The translations under genes and the position numbers were made by a program. A stretch of DNA of 64,000 nucleotides, from positions 3,816-67,815 of the forward strand of contig CAZVUP010000001.1 in the NCBI GenBank assembly GCA_964630365.1, in the 5' to 3' direction. The notes below the pieces were generated by a model that did no database searches, was not told the DNA's origin, and worked only from the letters and a program-made list of their open reading frames with translations. The stretch comes from an uncultured Muribaculaceae bacterium. Lineage in GTDB: Bacteria; Bacillota_I; Bacilli_A; RF39; UBA660. Shown here piece after piece: positions 9,934-21,039 of the stretch. Each line of letters begins with the position of its first letter. Positions within the stretch are counted from its first letter, which is position 1.

Positions 9934-11739
9934 CTAATTTGTATTATTTTGATCGTCCTCTTCATCGCCACTATCATCTGTTGTTGGCTTATCTTTATCA
10001 GGAGTAGGAGTTGGTTTTGCCTTAGGCTTAACAGCAACTGTTACTCTTAATGTTGTACCTTTTATAATAGTACTTCCTACTGTCCTTGATTGACCAATTA
10101 TCGTTCCCTCTGAATAAGCAGTTGTTTCTTGTTCAACTTTTTCAAGAATCAATCCATATTTATTACAGAAAGTTTCAACATCACTTAAACTCCAACCTTC
10201 TTCTGCCATATTTGGAAAAGTATCAACAATGTTAGGTGTATAAAGAGTTAATGAATCTCCCTTTTTAACTTCGCTATCTGCTGCTAAAGACTGACCTATT
10301 ATTTCATCTTCATCATACTCTTTATCAGTATCAGCAGGTTCTTTCTTCTCAATTGTAACAACAAGACCATACTTTTCTTCTAATCTAGTCTTGACTTCAA
10401 TAGAATTCATACCAGTATAATCTTCTATTTTAAATGTTTCTTCTCCAACAGATTTATAGATTGTAATCTTACTACCTTTTTTAATACTTCTACCCTTTGC
10501 TGGATCAGTTTTAACTACTAGATTTTTCTTAACCTTTGTAGAATTAACAGTTTTTATTTGCGTATTAACTTCGAATCCTGCTGCTTGTAATTTTTTCTCA
10601 CAGGCACTAACTTTTAAATTTTGACAATCAGGAACTGTTACAGCCTTTTTATTAGAAAGAGCTGGTACAACGAAAAAGATAATTACTAAGATTAAAAAGA
10701 TTACCGCAAAAACTATTGCTAAAATAATAATTAGTTTTTTATTTTTCTTTTCTTCTACATCTTCAATTTTAGTAGCAATTTCATCTGTAGAAGTTTTTTC
10801 AGCTTCATCATCTAAAAACGCTTCTTCTTCTTTTTCTTCTTTTACTTTTTTAATTTTCTTTCCATCATTCTCATTTTCAGGATATTTATATTGATAAACT
10901 TCCTCATTCATTCTTTCATCATTAAGAGCAGTTAACAAATCCTCATGCATTTCCCTAGCTGACTCATATCTGTTCTTAGGATTCTTAGCAGTAGCTTTTC
11001 TAATAATATTCTCAATACTTTGTGGTATTGCTGGATTATCCTCCCTTAGACTTGGAAGTGGATCACGCATATGTTTTAAAGCAATTTCAACAGCATTATC
11101 ACCTCTAAAAGGTAATGAACCACTCAAAAGTTCATAAAAGATAATTCCCATAGAATAAATATCACTTTTAATTGTACAACCTTTTCCACTAGCTTGTTCT
11201 GGAGGTAAATAATGTACACTACCCATTACAGAATTAGTTTGTGTAAGTTGTGTAGAATTAAGAGCCATTGCAATACCAAAATCAGTTATCTTTATTTGCC
11301 CATCATCTTTAATCATAATATTTTGTGGTTTTAAATCTCTATGAATAATATATGAATCATGAGCGTGAGCCATTCCATCAGTAAGTTGACTCATAATATC
11401 AATAGCCTCACTAAGTGTCAATGTACCACGTTTTTTAAGTAATTGCTTTAGTGTTTTACCATCAACATACTCCATAACAATATAATACGTTCCATCATCT
11501 TCACCAACATCATACATCTCAACTATATTAGGATGTGCAAGAGAAGATGCTGACAATGCTTCTCTTTGAAATCTTCTAACAAATTTCTCATCATTAGCCA
11601 AATCACCACGTAAAACTTTAATAGCAACATTTCTATCCAAGATAGTATCATAGCCAAGATAGACATTAGCCATTCCACCTTCACCAATAGCCCTAATTAT
11701 TTCGTAGCGATCATTAATTTTTTGCCCCTTTGTAATCAC
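9934..11739 (-). CDS. prkC: Ser/Thr protein kinase with PASTA repeats
   Basis: Hanks kinase motifs (VAIKVL, HRDLKPQN, DFG, SVHYLPPE), one TM, three PASTA-like extracellular repeats. Confidence 0.9.
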   Translation of the reverse strand: MITKGQKINDRYEIIRAIGEGGMANVYLGYDTILDRNVAIKVLRGDLANDEKFVRRFQREALSASSLAHPNIVEMYDVGEDDGTYYIVMEYVDGKTLKQLLKKRGTLTLSEAIDIMSQLTDGMAHAHDSYIIHRDLKPQNIMIKDDGQIKITDFGIAMALNSTQLTQTNSVMGSVHYLPPEQASGKGCTIKSDIYSMGIIFYELLSGSLPFRGDNAVEIALKHMRDPLPSLREDNPAIPQSIENIIRKATAKNPKNRYESAREMHEDLLTALNDERMNEEVYQYKYPENENDGKKIKKVKEEKEEEAFLDDEAEKTSTDEIATKIEDVEEKKNKKLIIILAIVFAVIFLILVIIFFVVPALSNKKAVTVPDCQNLKVSACEKKLQAAGFEVNTQIKTVNSTKVKKNLVVKTDPAKGRSIKKGSKITIYKSVGEETFKIEDYTGMNSIEVKTRLEEKYGLVVTIEKKEPADTDKEYDEDEIIGQSLAADSEVKKGDSLTLYTPNIVDTFPNMAEEGWSLSDVETFCNKYGLILEKVEQETTAYSEGTIIGQSRTVGSTIIKGTTLRVTVAVKPKAKPTPTPDKDKPTTDDSGDEEDDQNNTN

Positions 11740-12479
11740 TTATCTTCACCTTCTTCGCGAACTAAATAAGCAACCGAAATATTATCTGTTCCACCCCTAT
11801 TATTAGCTTTCTGAATTAATTTAGAAACTTTTTCTTCAACGCTTCCTTCTCCTAAAAGAACCTTTTCAATACTTTCTTTATCTAGCATACCAGTAAGGCC
11901 ATCACTAGATAAAAGAATTTCTGTAATATCCATATCACAATCAAAAATATCAACATCTATTTCTAATGAAGCCCCTAGCGCTTTCATTAAAACATTCTTC
12001 TTCGGATGAACACTAGCTTCTTCTTTAGTAAGTTCACCAGCACTAACTAATAGATTAACCAATGTATGATCGTAAGTAACTTTATGAAGTTTATCATCTT
12101 TCATAACAAAACCACTAGAATCACCAACATTACCAAATAATAAATAATCTTTAGTTAAAATAGCTAGTACAAGAGTTGTCCCCATTCCCTTACTTTCAGG
12201 ATGAGTTTTTTCATATTGAAAAATAGAAGTATTAATCTCATCAACAACATCTCTTATCCAATTAACAGCTTCAACCTTACTCTTCACTTTAAACGATTCA
12301 GTAAAATGTTTACCTAAATAATCAATTGCTATTGAAGAAGCAACTTCTCCAGCAGAATGTCCACCCATACCATCAGCAATTGCCATTAAATAATCATTAT
12401 TATCATTTTTAATAATAATAACACTATCTTCATTATGATCCCTAACTTTACCAGCATCGGTTAGATAAAAAGTTTTCAT
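11736..12479 (-). CDS. prpC: PP2C-family Ser/Thr phosphatase
   Basis: RDHNEDS, ADGMGGH, LSSDGL, GGTDNIS. Overlaps the prkC start. Confidence 0.9.
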   Translation of the reverse strand: MKTFYLTDAGKVRDHNEDSVIIIKNDNNDYLMAIADGMGGHSAGEVASSIAIDYLGKHFTESFKVKSKVEAVNWIRDVVDEINTSIFQYEKTHPESKGMGTTLVLAILTKDYLLFGNVGDSSGFVMKDDKLHKVTYDHTLVNLLVSAGELTKEEASVHPKKNVLMKALGASLEIDVDIFDCDMDITEILLSSDGLTGMLDKESIEKVLLGEGSVEEKVSKLIQKANNRGGTDNISVAYLVREEGEDK

Positions 12480-13498
12480 AACTCCTCCTTCTTGCTTCTA
12501 AGTTGTCCACAAGCAGCACTTATTTTACTACCAAATTCTCTTCTTATTGTTACATTAATATTATTCTTTTTAAGTATATCATAAAAACGCATAATTTGAA
12601 TAGTATTTGTTCGCTTAAACTCTAAGTTATTAGTTTCATTATAAGGAATTAAATTTATATAACAATTTATATTAGAAACTAATTTGGCTAATTCAGTGGC
12701 ACATTCTACACTATCATTAATACCATCTAATAATATATATTCGAATGTGACACGTCTATTTGTCTTTTCTAAATATGTTCTAACAGCTGGAATTAATTTA
12801 TCAAGAGGATAAGCTTTATTAATAGGCATTATCTTATCTCTAATTTCATTATTAGGGGCATGTAAACTTATTGCTAAATTTATTTGTAATGGGAATTCAC
12901 TAAATTCCAATATCTTTGGAACAATACCACAAGTAGATACTGTAATATGTCTAGCACCTATAGCTAAACCTTTAGGATGATTTATTATCTTAAAGAACTT
13001 AATTAAATTATCATAATTATCAAAAGGTTCTCCAATTCCCATAACAACAACATGACTTATTCTCTCTTTAAGTAATTTTTCAATCATTAAAAGTTGCAAA
13101 ACCATTTCTGATGTCTCTAGATTTCTAACTTTTTTCCGACGACCTGATTCACAAAACCTACACCCCATATTGCAACCAACCTGACTAGAAATACAAACAC
13201 TATTACCATAGTCATGACGCATTAAAACCGCTTCAATATGTTCACCATCACTAAGTTCAAATAAGTATTTGCAAACATCAACATCTTCTTGAACATCTAC
13301 AATTTTTAATCTCTCAATTGAATAATCATTTTTTAGTTTTTCAATTACTTCTTTTTTTATATCTGTTATATCATCATAACTTTCTATTCTTTTCTCATAT
13401 AACCAACTAAATAATTGTAAGGCATGAAATTTTCTGGAACCAATATCTAAAAAATAGTTTTCAATCTCTTCAATAGTTAACCCATATATATTTTTCAT
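12476..13498 (-). CDS. rlmN: 23S rRNA/tRNA (adenine-C2)-methyltransferase, radical SAM
   Basis: CNMGCRFCESG radical-SAM box, MGIGEP, C-terminal SAACGQL. Start set at MKNIYGLT (ATG 13498). Confidence 0.9.
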   Translation of the reverse strand: MKNIYGLTIEEIENYFLDIGSRKFHALQLFSWLYEKRIESYDDITDIKKEVIEKLKNDYSIERLKIVDVQEDVDVCKYLFELSDGEHIEAVLMRHDYGNSVCISSQVGCNMGCRFCESGRRKKVRNLETSEMVLQLLMIEKLLKERISHVVVMGIGEPFDNYDNLIKFFKIINHPKGLAIGARHITVSTCGIVPKILEFSEFPLQINLAISLHAPNNEIRDKIMPINKAYPLDKLIPAVRTYLEKTNRRVTFEYILLDGINDSVECATELAKLVSNINCYINLIPYNETNNLEFKRTNTIQIMRFYDILKKNNINVTIRREFGSKISAACGQLRSKKEEL

Positions 13499-13548
13499 AC
13501 TACCACCACTCAAAACATTATATCATAAAAAGAAAAAAATTAACAAAA

Positions 13549-14250
13549 CTACCCAATAGGATTGTTAATTTCTTCAATTTTTCCAAAATTACTATAACTA
13601 AGTTCTATTCTAAGTGAATTCTGACAAGTCTTATTCAAAACACAAAAACTATCCAAATAAAGAACAACATTATCAACTATATTATTCTCATTAGCAATAA
13701 TAACTAAACGATTAGGATTTTCCAAATAATCACTATCAATATTATAAAAATACTTATTAATTGTATTGCTAGAAATTAAATAATTATAATTCTTTTTTCC
13801 ACTTTCATACTCTGTTTTAGATTCAAAACTAGCTAATTTGATTAGTTCAGAAATCTTATCACTATCAACAAAAATTTCATCAACAATATAAGGACTATTT
13901 ACACTATTTAAATTACTACCATCATAAATAAAATATTTATCACCAGCCACATAATAATTATTACCATTAAACTCAAATAAACTTTTATCATTATTCTGTT
14001 TACCAATATAGTTATATTCAATTCCATCTAGATTTATTTTATAAATAAAATCATAGTTTTTATTACTCATTCCATTATAATTAGTACTTTTATTTCCTTC
14101 ATAATTTTTTGAAGTATTTGAATTATTATGACCTATACCTAATAAAGCAAAAACAAACACAAAAAACAAGAAATAAAAAGCAAAGAAAAAGATAGCCCCT
14201 CCTCGAGGAGAATTTTTTATTTCTTCAAGTTTTTCAATTAAAATTTTCAT
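13549..14250 (-). CDS. Hypothetical membrane-anchored protein (occupies the usual rsmB slot)
   Basis: One N-terminal TM (GAIFFFAFYFLFFVFVFALLGI), Asn/Tyr-rich ectodomain, no recognised motif. Confidence 0.4.
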   Translation of the reverse strand: MKILIEKLEEIKNSPRGGAIFFFAFYFLFFVFVFALLGIGHNNSNTSKNYEGNKSTNYNGMSNKNYDFIYKINLDGIEYNYIGKQNNDKSLFEFNGNNYYVAGDKYFIYDGSNLNSVNSPYIVDEIFVDSDKISELIKLASFESKTEYESGKKNYNYLISSNTINKYFYNIDSDYLENPNRLVIIANENNIVDNVVLYLDSFCVLNKTCQNSLRIELSYSNFGKIEEINNPIG

Positions 14251-15176
14251 TATTTAAACACCTTACCAATTAATTTTTCTTTTCCAATACCATTAGCAAA
14301 GCTATAGCTATCCATCATTTTTTTCCCAAAAGGTTTAATTTTTTCTAAGACAATAGCACCATCACCAGTTTTGACAACAATTCCTGATTTAGTAACATCA
14401 ACTATTTGCCCACATTCACCTTTATAAATATCATTCGAAATACTACAACTATATATTTTCATTTCTTTATCATCAAACAAAGCATTAGCAGCAGGAATTG
14501 GTGATAGACCTCTTATAAGGTTAAAAACATCCCTACTCTTTCTAGCAAAATCAATTTTTTCTTCTTCCCGTTTTATGTTAAAACCAAAAGTAACCTCATC
14601 TTCATTTTGCTTAATTCTAGCATTAGTTTTATTTATTATACTTGGAAGTGTTTCTATTAATAATTTACTGCCAAGAATACTAAGTTTATCATATAAAGAT
14701 TCCAAATTATCACTATCATCAATAACGATTTCTTTTTGCCTGATAATATCGCCACTATCCATTTTTTCATCCATATACATGATAGTAACACCCGTCTTTT
14801 CATATCCATCAATTAAAGCATGATGAATAGGTGCACCCCCACGTAATTTAGGTAATAATGAAGCATGAACATTAATACAACCAAGCTCTGGATAATCAAG
14901 CAATTCTTTCGGAATAATTTGTCCATAAGCACAAGTAACAATTAAATCTGGTTTACAATCCAATATTCTTTGGTAGTTTTCCCTTATTTTTTCAGGCTGA
15001 AAAACAGGAATATCATATTTTAAAGCCAACTCTTTTACTGGTGTATTAACAACTTCTCTATGTCTACCAACCATCTTATCAGGCTGACTAACAACTAAAC
15101 AAACATCATAATTATCAATTAACCCCTGCAATACATTAACTGCAAAATCAGGTGTTCCCATAAAAACAATTCGCAT
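14250..15176 (-). CDS. fmt: Methionyl-tRNA formyltransferase
   Basis: MRIVFMGTPDFA, HASLLPKLRGGAPI, SGDII. Confidence 0.9.
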   Translation of the reverse strand: MRIVFMGTPDFAVNVLQGLIDNYDVCLVVSQPDKMVGRHREVVNTPVKELALKYDIPVFQPEKIRENYQRILDCKPDLIVTCAYGQIIPKELLDYPELGCINVHASLLPKLRGGAPIHHALIDGYEKTGVTIMYMDEKMDSGDIIRQKEIVIDDSDNLESLYDKLSILGSKLLIETLPSIINKTNARIKQNEDEVTFGFNIKREEEKIDFARKSRDVFNLIRGLSPIPAANALFDDKEMKIYSCSISNDIYKGECGQIVDVTKSGIVVKTGDGAIVLEKIKPFGKKMMDSYSFANGIGKEKLIGKVFK

Positions 15177-15180
15177 TTTA

Positions 15181-16356
15181 TTACCCCCTCAGTATGATAA
15201 ATATAGTAATAATAACCCCCAAACTAATTAATAAAGAACCAAGTAACATAAATACAGAAGCAATACCATATTTATCCAAAAATTCATTATTAGCTTCTCT
15301 TCTTCTAAAATTAGCTAATTCTTCTTCAAGTGCCTCTTCCTTTTTTCTTTTATTATTTTCATAATAACAATCTAAAGTAATAATCTCCATATCATTAGGA
15401 TTAATTTCAGCCATACAAGGCACTTTACTATACTTTGAACTAAGCAATCTATCAACAATATCATAAATATCAGCAGAATCATTCAAATATTCATTAATAT
15501 CAATAACTTCATTACTAATCAATTTTCTCTTTACCAAAAGTAAACTAATCTTTTTCTCTTTTTTATGTAATAATTTCCATTCATCATTAACTAAATCTAA
15601 AATATATTTACTATCGTTACTATCAAATTCATCATTTAAAAACCTTTTTAATGGTCCCATCAACAGATCATAATCATCTATCAAATAAGCATCTTCTCTA
15701 TTTATCTTAAAAAGATTCTTACCAAGTAAAAACTTACTAAAAAATAAAGGCGCATAAGCTGAGTAATAGCATCCCATTACAAAGTCATCAGTAAAATAAC
15801 TACTATTATCAGAAAAATCCTTATCTAAAATATATTTTTTATTATATTTTTTAAATATATCGTTAACTTTTAAAAATCTTGCATAATAATTTTCATATTT
15901 TTCTGGAGTATATCCTTCTTTTTGAATAGCATACTTATAACTGTAATTAAAACCATGTACAAAGTAGCCAGAAACAATATACTTATCATATATATAAGTA
16001 ATTATATTTTTTCTAGCCTCAGCACTATTAATATCTTTAACAGCCAATTTAATAGCTACCATTCGACATATTAACTTATTTATACCAATAGTAATATCTT
16101 CAAAATTATCTATTTTTTTATAAAGTTTTTCTACCTGTTCCAAATATTCATCAAATAAAACTAAATCATCTAAAATAATCTTATATTTTAATAATGCATC
16201 ATAAAAAACATAAAGTGCCAATTCGCTAGATATATACATATCAGGCATAACAAACTTATCCCGATTTTTATTAAAATAATGATCATTAGTTTTTATTTCT
16301 CTAATCAAACTAACAACACCGCTATGCTTTAATAAATCATCTAACACTATTGCCAC
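15181..16356 (-). CDS. Hypothetical protein with a C-terminal TM anchor (occupies the usual def slot)
   Basis: Long ORF in operon context with a C-terminal TM (IASVFMLLGSLLISLGVIITIFIIL). No recognised motif. Confidence 0.4.
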   Translation of the reverse strand: MAIVLDDLLKHSGVVSLIREIKTNDHYFNKNRDKFVMPDMYISSELALYVFYDALLKYKIILDDLVLFDEYLEQVEKLYKKIDNFEDITIGINKLICRMVAIKLAVKDINSAEARKNIITYIYDKYIVSGYFVHGFNYSYKYAIQKEGYTPEKYENYYARFLKVNDIFKKYNKKYILDKDFSDNSSYFTDDFVMGCYYSAYAPLFFSKFLLGKNLFKINREDAYLIDDYDLLMGPLKRFLNDEFDSNDSKYILDLVNDEWKLLHKKEKKISLLLVKRKLISNEVIDINEYLNDSADIYDIVDRLLSSKYSKVPCMAEINPNDMEIITLDCYYENNKRKKEEALEEELANFRRREANNEFLDKYGIASVFMLLGSLLISLGVIITIFIILRG

Positions 16357-16373
16357 CTCCGTTTTTAAAATTC

Positions 16374-16577
16374 TTATTTAGTTCCTAAATATGCCGTTAC
16401 ATAATAAACTACACCGAGTACAATAACAACACCAAGTACTAAAAGTAATAATCTTACAAAAGCATTATTTTTATCCCAATACCCATCTAATTGCGTAGAT
16501 GACTTTTCCATCAAATTTTCATAGTCTTCACGATTCTTTTTATTAATTTCTAACTCATTAGTATTTTTATTATCCAT
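16374..16577 (-). CDS. Small membrane protein
   Basis: ATG 16577 with GAGGTG 7 nt upstream. One TM (LLLLVLGVVIVLGVVYYV). Confidence 0.4.
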   Translation of the reverse strand: MDNKNTNELEINKKNREDYENLMEKSSTQLDGYWDKNNAFVRLLLLVLGVVIVLGVVYYVTAYLGTK

Positions 16578-16615
16578 AACAAACACCTCTATTCTAAATA
16601 TAAGAATATCATAAT

Positions 16616-18790
16616 TTAAAACATTTGACTAGGATTAAAATCAATATCAATCTTTATTTTATTATTTGTTTTATAATGATTAACTATTTTAACTAGTATT
16701 TCATATATCTCGGTAATATTTTTATACTTCAATATTATATTATATCTAAAATTATTATTAATTTTAAAAACAGAAGCATTACTAGGACCCAAAATACTAA
16801 CCTTCTCTAAATTTCTCGTAAGACTACGCTTTATTTTCAAAGCTTCATTATAAATATAATTAGCATCTTTCCCACTAATTCGAAGAGAACATAAATAATA
16901 ATAAGGTGGATAATTAAGTTTTTTTCTTATTAACATTTCTTCTTTATAAAAAGACATATAATCATGCTTACTAGCAAGTTTAATAGCATAATGATCCGGG
17001 TTAAATGTTTGAATTATAACATGCCCTTCTTTATTACTTCTTCCACTTCGACCTGCTACTTGGCTTAATAATGAAAATGTATTTTCACTACTTCTAAAGT
17101 CTGGGATATTAAGTGAAGTATCAGCATTAATAACTCCAACCAGTGTTACATTATCAAAATCCAATCCTTTAGCAACCATCTGTGTTCCAAGTAAAATATC
17201 ATAATTTCCAGTTCTAAACTGTTCGATTATTTTTTTATGCATACCTTTCTTACTAGTTGTATCATAATCCATCCTAAGAACTCTAGCAGTAGGAAAAGTT
17301 TTATGTAATTCTTCTTCAATTCTCTCCGTACCAAGCCCTAAACTATTCAAACTTTTTTCTTTACAACTAGGACAAATTTCATGATTAGCATCACCATAAC
17401 CACAATAATGACATCTTAATGTATTACTACTTTTATGATATGTCAATGTAATATCACAATTTGGACATTTAAATGTGTATCCACAGTTTTTACAAGAAAC
17501 AAAAGAAGCATAACCTCGCCTATTTAAAAATAAAATAACTTGCTCTTTCTTATCTAAACAATTATTAATAGCATCAAGCAAAACATTTGAAAAATGCCCC
17601 TTACTCTTTCTTATTTCTTTATTCATATCTACTATAGTAACTTCAGGTAAAGCCTTCCCATTTACGCGATTTGGAAGTGTTAATAAAGTAAAAACACCTT
17701 TAAAAGCTCTAGCCATAGATTCCAAAGATGGAGTTGCACTTCCCATTAATACTACTGCATTATGTTTTTTTGCCCTAAGTAAAGCAATATCTTTAGCGTT
17801 ATATCTAGGATTAGGATCACTTTGCTTATATGAATCACTATGTTCTTCATCAATAATAATTATCCCTATATTAGAAAGAGGTGCAAAAATCGCACTACGT
17901 GCTCCAATAACAATTTTTACTTCGCCCCTACAAATTCTCCGCCATTCGTCATATTTTTCACTAGGACTAAGGCCAGAATGAATCGCAGCAATTGTTTTTC
18001 CAAATTTACTTTGAAACCTTTTTATCATTTGTGGAGTTAAGCTAATCTCTGGAACAAGCACTATACTAGTTTTTCCAATTTTTAAATAATAATCAATTAT
18101 TTCCATATAAACTTCTGTCTTACCAGAACCAGTAACACCATACAACAAATAATTATTATTAGGATTATTTATTACTTGATTAACTACTTTTTGCTGCTCC
18201 AAAGTCAAATTTTTTTTCTCATATTCAATATTTTCATATTCAACACGATAATGTTCTCTCCTACTTTCAACTAAAATGCCAACCTCAACTAATCTCTTTA
18301 AACTCGCTGCTGATATATTAGTTAATATAGACTTTGAAACAATCTTTTTATTTTTAACTAAATCAATTATTTCCTTCTGCTTACTACCAAATTTTTTCAA
18401 ATCTAAATCAATATCATTTAGAGAATAATAATAGTCATATTTTATATTAATAGATGTACCATTTTTAGCTTTTAAAGCCTTTGGTAACATCACTTGATAA
18501 CAACTAATTAAAGTCGCTAAAGTATCTTTTTGCATTGTTTTTCCTAGCTCTAATAACTCTTCATTTAAAACTATCTCTGAATCAATAATTTCAACTATTT
18601 TTCTTAATTCTTTATCTGTTGTTTTTCTACCACTAAGTGTAAGCACAAACCCCTCTAACATCATATTACCAAAAGGTACTAAGACTCTTATACCAATTTT
18701 AATTTTATCCACTAATTCTGGAGGAACAAGATATTCAAATATTTTATCTACATTTTTATTAGATATTTCTACTAAAACACCTGCTATCAA
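16616..18790 (-). CDS. priA: Primosomal protein N' (replication restart helicase)
   Basis: GVTGSGKTEVY Walker A, DEEH box, Cys-rich Zn motif CKNCGY..CPNCD..CHYCG. Probable TTG start at 18790 preceded by GGAGGTG. Confidence 0.9.
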   Translation of the reverse strand: MIAGVLVEISNKNVDKIFEYLVPPELVDKIKIGIRVLVPFGNMMLEGFVLTLSGRKTTDKELRKIVEIIDSEIVLNEELLELGKTMQKDTLATLISCYQVMLPKALKAKNGTSINIKYDYYYSLNDIDLDLKKFGSKQKEIIDLVKNKKIVSKSILTNISAASLKRLVEVGILVESRREHYRVEYENIEYEKKNLTLEQQKVVNQVINNPNNNYLLYGVTGSGKTEVYMEIIDYYLKIGKTSIVLVPEISLTPQMIKRFQSKFGKTIAAIHSGLSPSEKYDEWRRICRGEVKIVIGARSAIFAPLSNIGIIIIDEEHSDSYKQSDPNPRYNAKDIALLRAKKHNAVVLMGSATPSLESMARAFKGVFTLLTLPNRVNGKALPEVTIVDMNKEIRKSKGHFSNVLLDAINNCLDKKEQVILFLNRRGYASFVSCKNCGYTFKCPNCDITLTYHKSSNTLRCHYCGYGDANHEICPSCKEKSLNSLGLGTERIEEELHKTFPTARVLRMDYDTTSKKGMHKKIIEQFRTGNYDILLGTQMVAKGLDFDNVTLVGVINADTSLNIPDFRSSENTFSLLSQVAGRSGRSNKEGHVIIQTFNPDHYAIKLASKHDYMSFYKEEMLIRKKLNYPPYYYLCSLRISGKDANYIYNEALKIKRSLTRNLEKVSILGPSNASVFKINNNFRYNIILKYKNITEIYEILVKIVNHYKTNNKIKIDIDFNPSQMF

Positions 18791-18835
18791 AATATCACCT
18801 CCACCAATATTATTATACAAAAAAAAAGAAATATT

Positions 18836-19111
18836 TTACAATATTTCATCATCATAAGACTCCAAAACAACACTACTTATTATAACAGGCTCACTACTAG
18901 AAGTATCTTTATCATTATCAACCTTAATTTGTAATGTTACTGTTGGATTAAATACTTTATCAGAATTATTAGAATCAAGCTTTTCAACACTAACTGATTC
19001 ATTATCTTTATTATGATTTTGCCTTTTTTGAACATTATCAATAATAAATCCCACAATAAAAGATACAACTGCTACAGATATTAAAATTATATATATTAAA
19101 TCCATAAACAT
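18836..19111 (-). CDS. Small membrane-anchored hypothetical protein
   Basis: N-terminal TM followed by an acidic/Ser-rich tail. Context only. Confidence 0.3.
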   Translation of the reverse strand: MFMDLIYIILISVAVVSFIVGFIIDNVQKRQNHNKDNESVSVEKLDSNNSDKVFNPTVTLQIKVDNDKDTSSSEPVIISSVVLESYDDEIL

Positions 19112-19174
19112 TCCTCTTTTTCTATCTTCTAATATTATAGTATAACAAAAAAAAGAAAAAGAGAAACTTTTTCT

Positions 19175-20224
19175 TTAAAATAAACGTAAAATATCGTTAA
19201 ATGTAATGACAACCATTAACAACATTAATAGTATTAAGAAAATCATATGAATCTTATTTTCTAACTCTGGATTAACTGGAGATCCTTTTATTTTCTCAAT
19301 TATTATAAATAGAATATGTCCACCATCAAAAGCTGGTATTGGAAGTAAATTAATAAAACCAACATTAATACTCAAGAAAGCTGTCAAATACAATATATTA
19401 GCCAGACCACCTTTACTCTGTTCACCAACAATTGAGTAAATTCCAACAGGTCCAGATAATTGTGTAACCTTAATTCCACCAGAGAATAAATAACCAACTG
19501 TTATAAACATTTGCTTAAAAATTGAAATTGTCTTTTTGTATGTATAAACAAGAGAAGCTACTAAACCTCTAGTCTTTTCCTGTTTAATTTCTATTCCATA
19601 CTTATAACTAGCTTTATCCCCACTACCAACCTTTTCTGGTTTTATTTGATATAGAATCTCATTACCATCACGTAATATCAATATATCATTCTTAACTTTA
19701 GGATTAGCAATTGCTAAATAAAGAGAAATATCATCGTTAGTACTTATTCTGTGTTTATTTATTTTTACTATTTCATCCCCAGCAAGTAATCCCGCCTTGG
19801 CAGCAGCACTACCACTACTTACTGCTGTTATAGTAGGGCTCATAGTAGTTCCACCCCACACTAAAGCAATAAAGAAAAGTAAAACTATTGCTAATAAAAA
19901 ATTATTAACTGGCCCAAACACCATAATTAAAAATCTTTGCCAAGCTGTCTTATTTTGAAGCCTTCTCTTTTTAGGTATTTTCTTTAAATCATCATCGTCT
20001 AAATCTTCACCAGCCATCTGACAAAAACCACCTATTGGAATAGCTCTTATAGTATACTCAGTTTCTTTTCCCTTTTTACTAAATATTTTGGGTCCCATAC
20101 CAATAGCAAATTCATAAACGTAAACACCCGCTATCTTAGCCCAGGTAAAGTGTCCAAATTCATGAATAAAAACAATCACACCAAGAACTAAAATAAAAAT
20201 TAATAAATTAATAATAAAACTCAT
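19175..20224 (-). CDS. rseP: RIP site-2 metalloprotease (RseP/RasP family)
   Basis: HEFGH zinc motif, PDZ segment, NLLPIPAFDGGH. Confidence 0.85.
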   Translation of the reverse strand: MSFIINLLIFILVLGVIVFIHEFGHFTWAKIAGVYVYEFAIGMGPKIFSKKGKETEYTIRAIPIGGFCQMAGEDLDDDDLKKIPKKRRLQNKTAWQRFLIMVFGPVNNFLLAIVLLFFIALVWGGTTMSPTITAVSSGSAAAKAGLLAGDEIVKINKHRISTNDDISLYLAIANPKVKNDILILRDGNEILYQIKPEKVGSGDKASYKYGIEIKQEKTRGLVASLVYTYKKTISIFKQMFITVGYLFSGGIKVTQLSGPVGIYSIVGEQSKGGLANILYLTAFLSINVGFINLLPIPAFDGGHILFIIIEKIKGSPVNPELENKIHMIFLILLMLLMVVITFNDILRLF

Positions 20225-20235
20225 TTTTATTCCTC

Positions 20236-21039
20236 CTATAATATTACTTCAAGTATAACAATAAATGCCAAAGTAACAAAAATCAAACTATCAAATCTAT
20301 CAAGAATTCCACCATGACCAGGAATTAATTTTGAAAAATCTTTAATTGCGTAGTCACGCTTAATTGCTGAAAAAACAAGATCACCAAGTACTGCTACCAA
20401 ACACAAAACTAGTGATACACAAACAGCCAATACCAATGGTATCTGTGGATTAATTACTGTAACATAAAATGCAGTTGATACAAAAGTACCCATTAATAAT
20501 CCCCCAATAAGCCCTTCAACAGTCTTATTAGGACTAATCTTAGGACATAATTTATTTTTACCAATAAACATTCCCGTAACAAGAGCAAATGTATCTGTCA
20601 TAACTGTTATTAATAATAAGTATATGATATAACTCAAATCAAAATTACGAGTAATTATTATCAAATTAAAACTAAGTCCAATAAACAATACGGAACCAAT
20701 TAAGAATAAAGCATCATTAAAACCATACTTTTTCAAATCATTAATAAATACCATTGGTGATAAAAACAAGAATATGATAAATGCCATAGTTCTATATTCA
20801 AAACTACTTTTAAATTCAATAGATGTAAAATTATTTAAACATACAAGCGCAACAATTACATACGCAATTAACTTAAGAAAAGTCGGAAATGGTCGTTGCA
20901 TCTCTCTAACCTTAAACAACTCATAAAGCCCACAAATACTCATCGCAGACATAAAGACTGCAAAAGGAATACCACCAACTAATAAAAATGGTACAAATAT
21001 TGCTGTTATTATAATTGCACTACTAATTCTAGTTTTCAT
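20236..21039 (-). CDS. cdsA: Phosphatidate cytidylyltransferase
   Basis: Polytopic protein. C-terminal KRDYAIKDFSKLIPGHGGILDRFDS signature. Confidence 0.85.
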   Translation of the reverse strand: MKTRISSAIIITAIFVPFLLVGGIPFAVFMSAMSICGLYELFKVREMQRPFPTFLKLIAYVIVALVCLNNFTSIEFKSSFEYRTMAFIIFLFLSPMVFINDLKKYGFNDALFLIGSVLFIGLSFNLIIITRNFDLSYIIYLLLITVMTDTFALVTGMFIGKNKLCPKISPNKTVEGLIGGLLMGTFVSTAFYVTVINPQIPLVLAVCVSLVLCLVAVLGDLVFSAIKRDYAIKDFSKLIPGHGGILDRFDSLIFVTLAFIVILEVIL

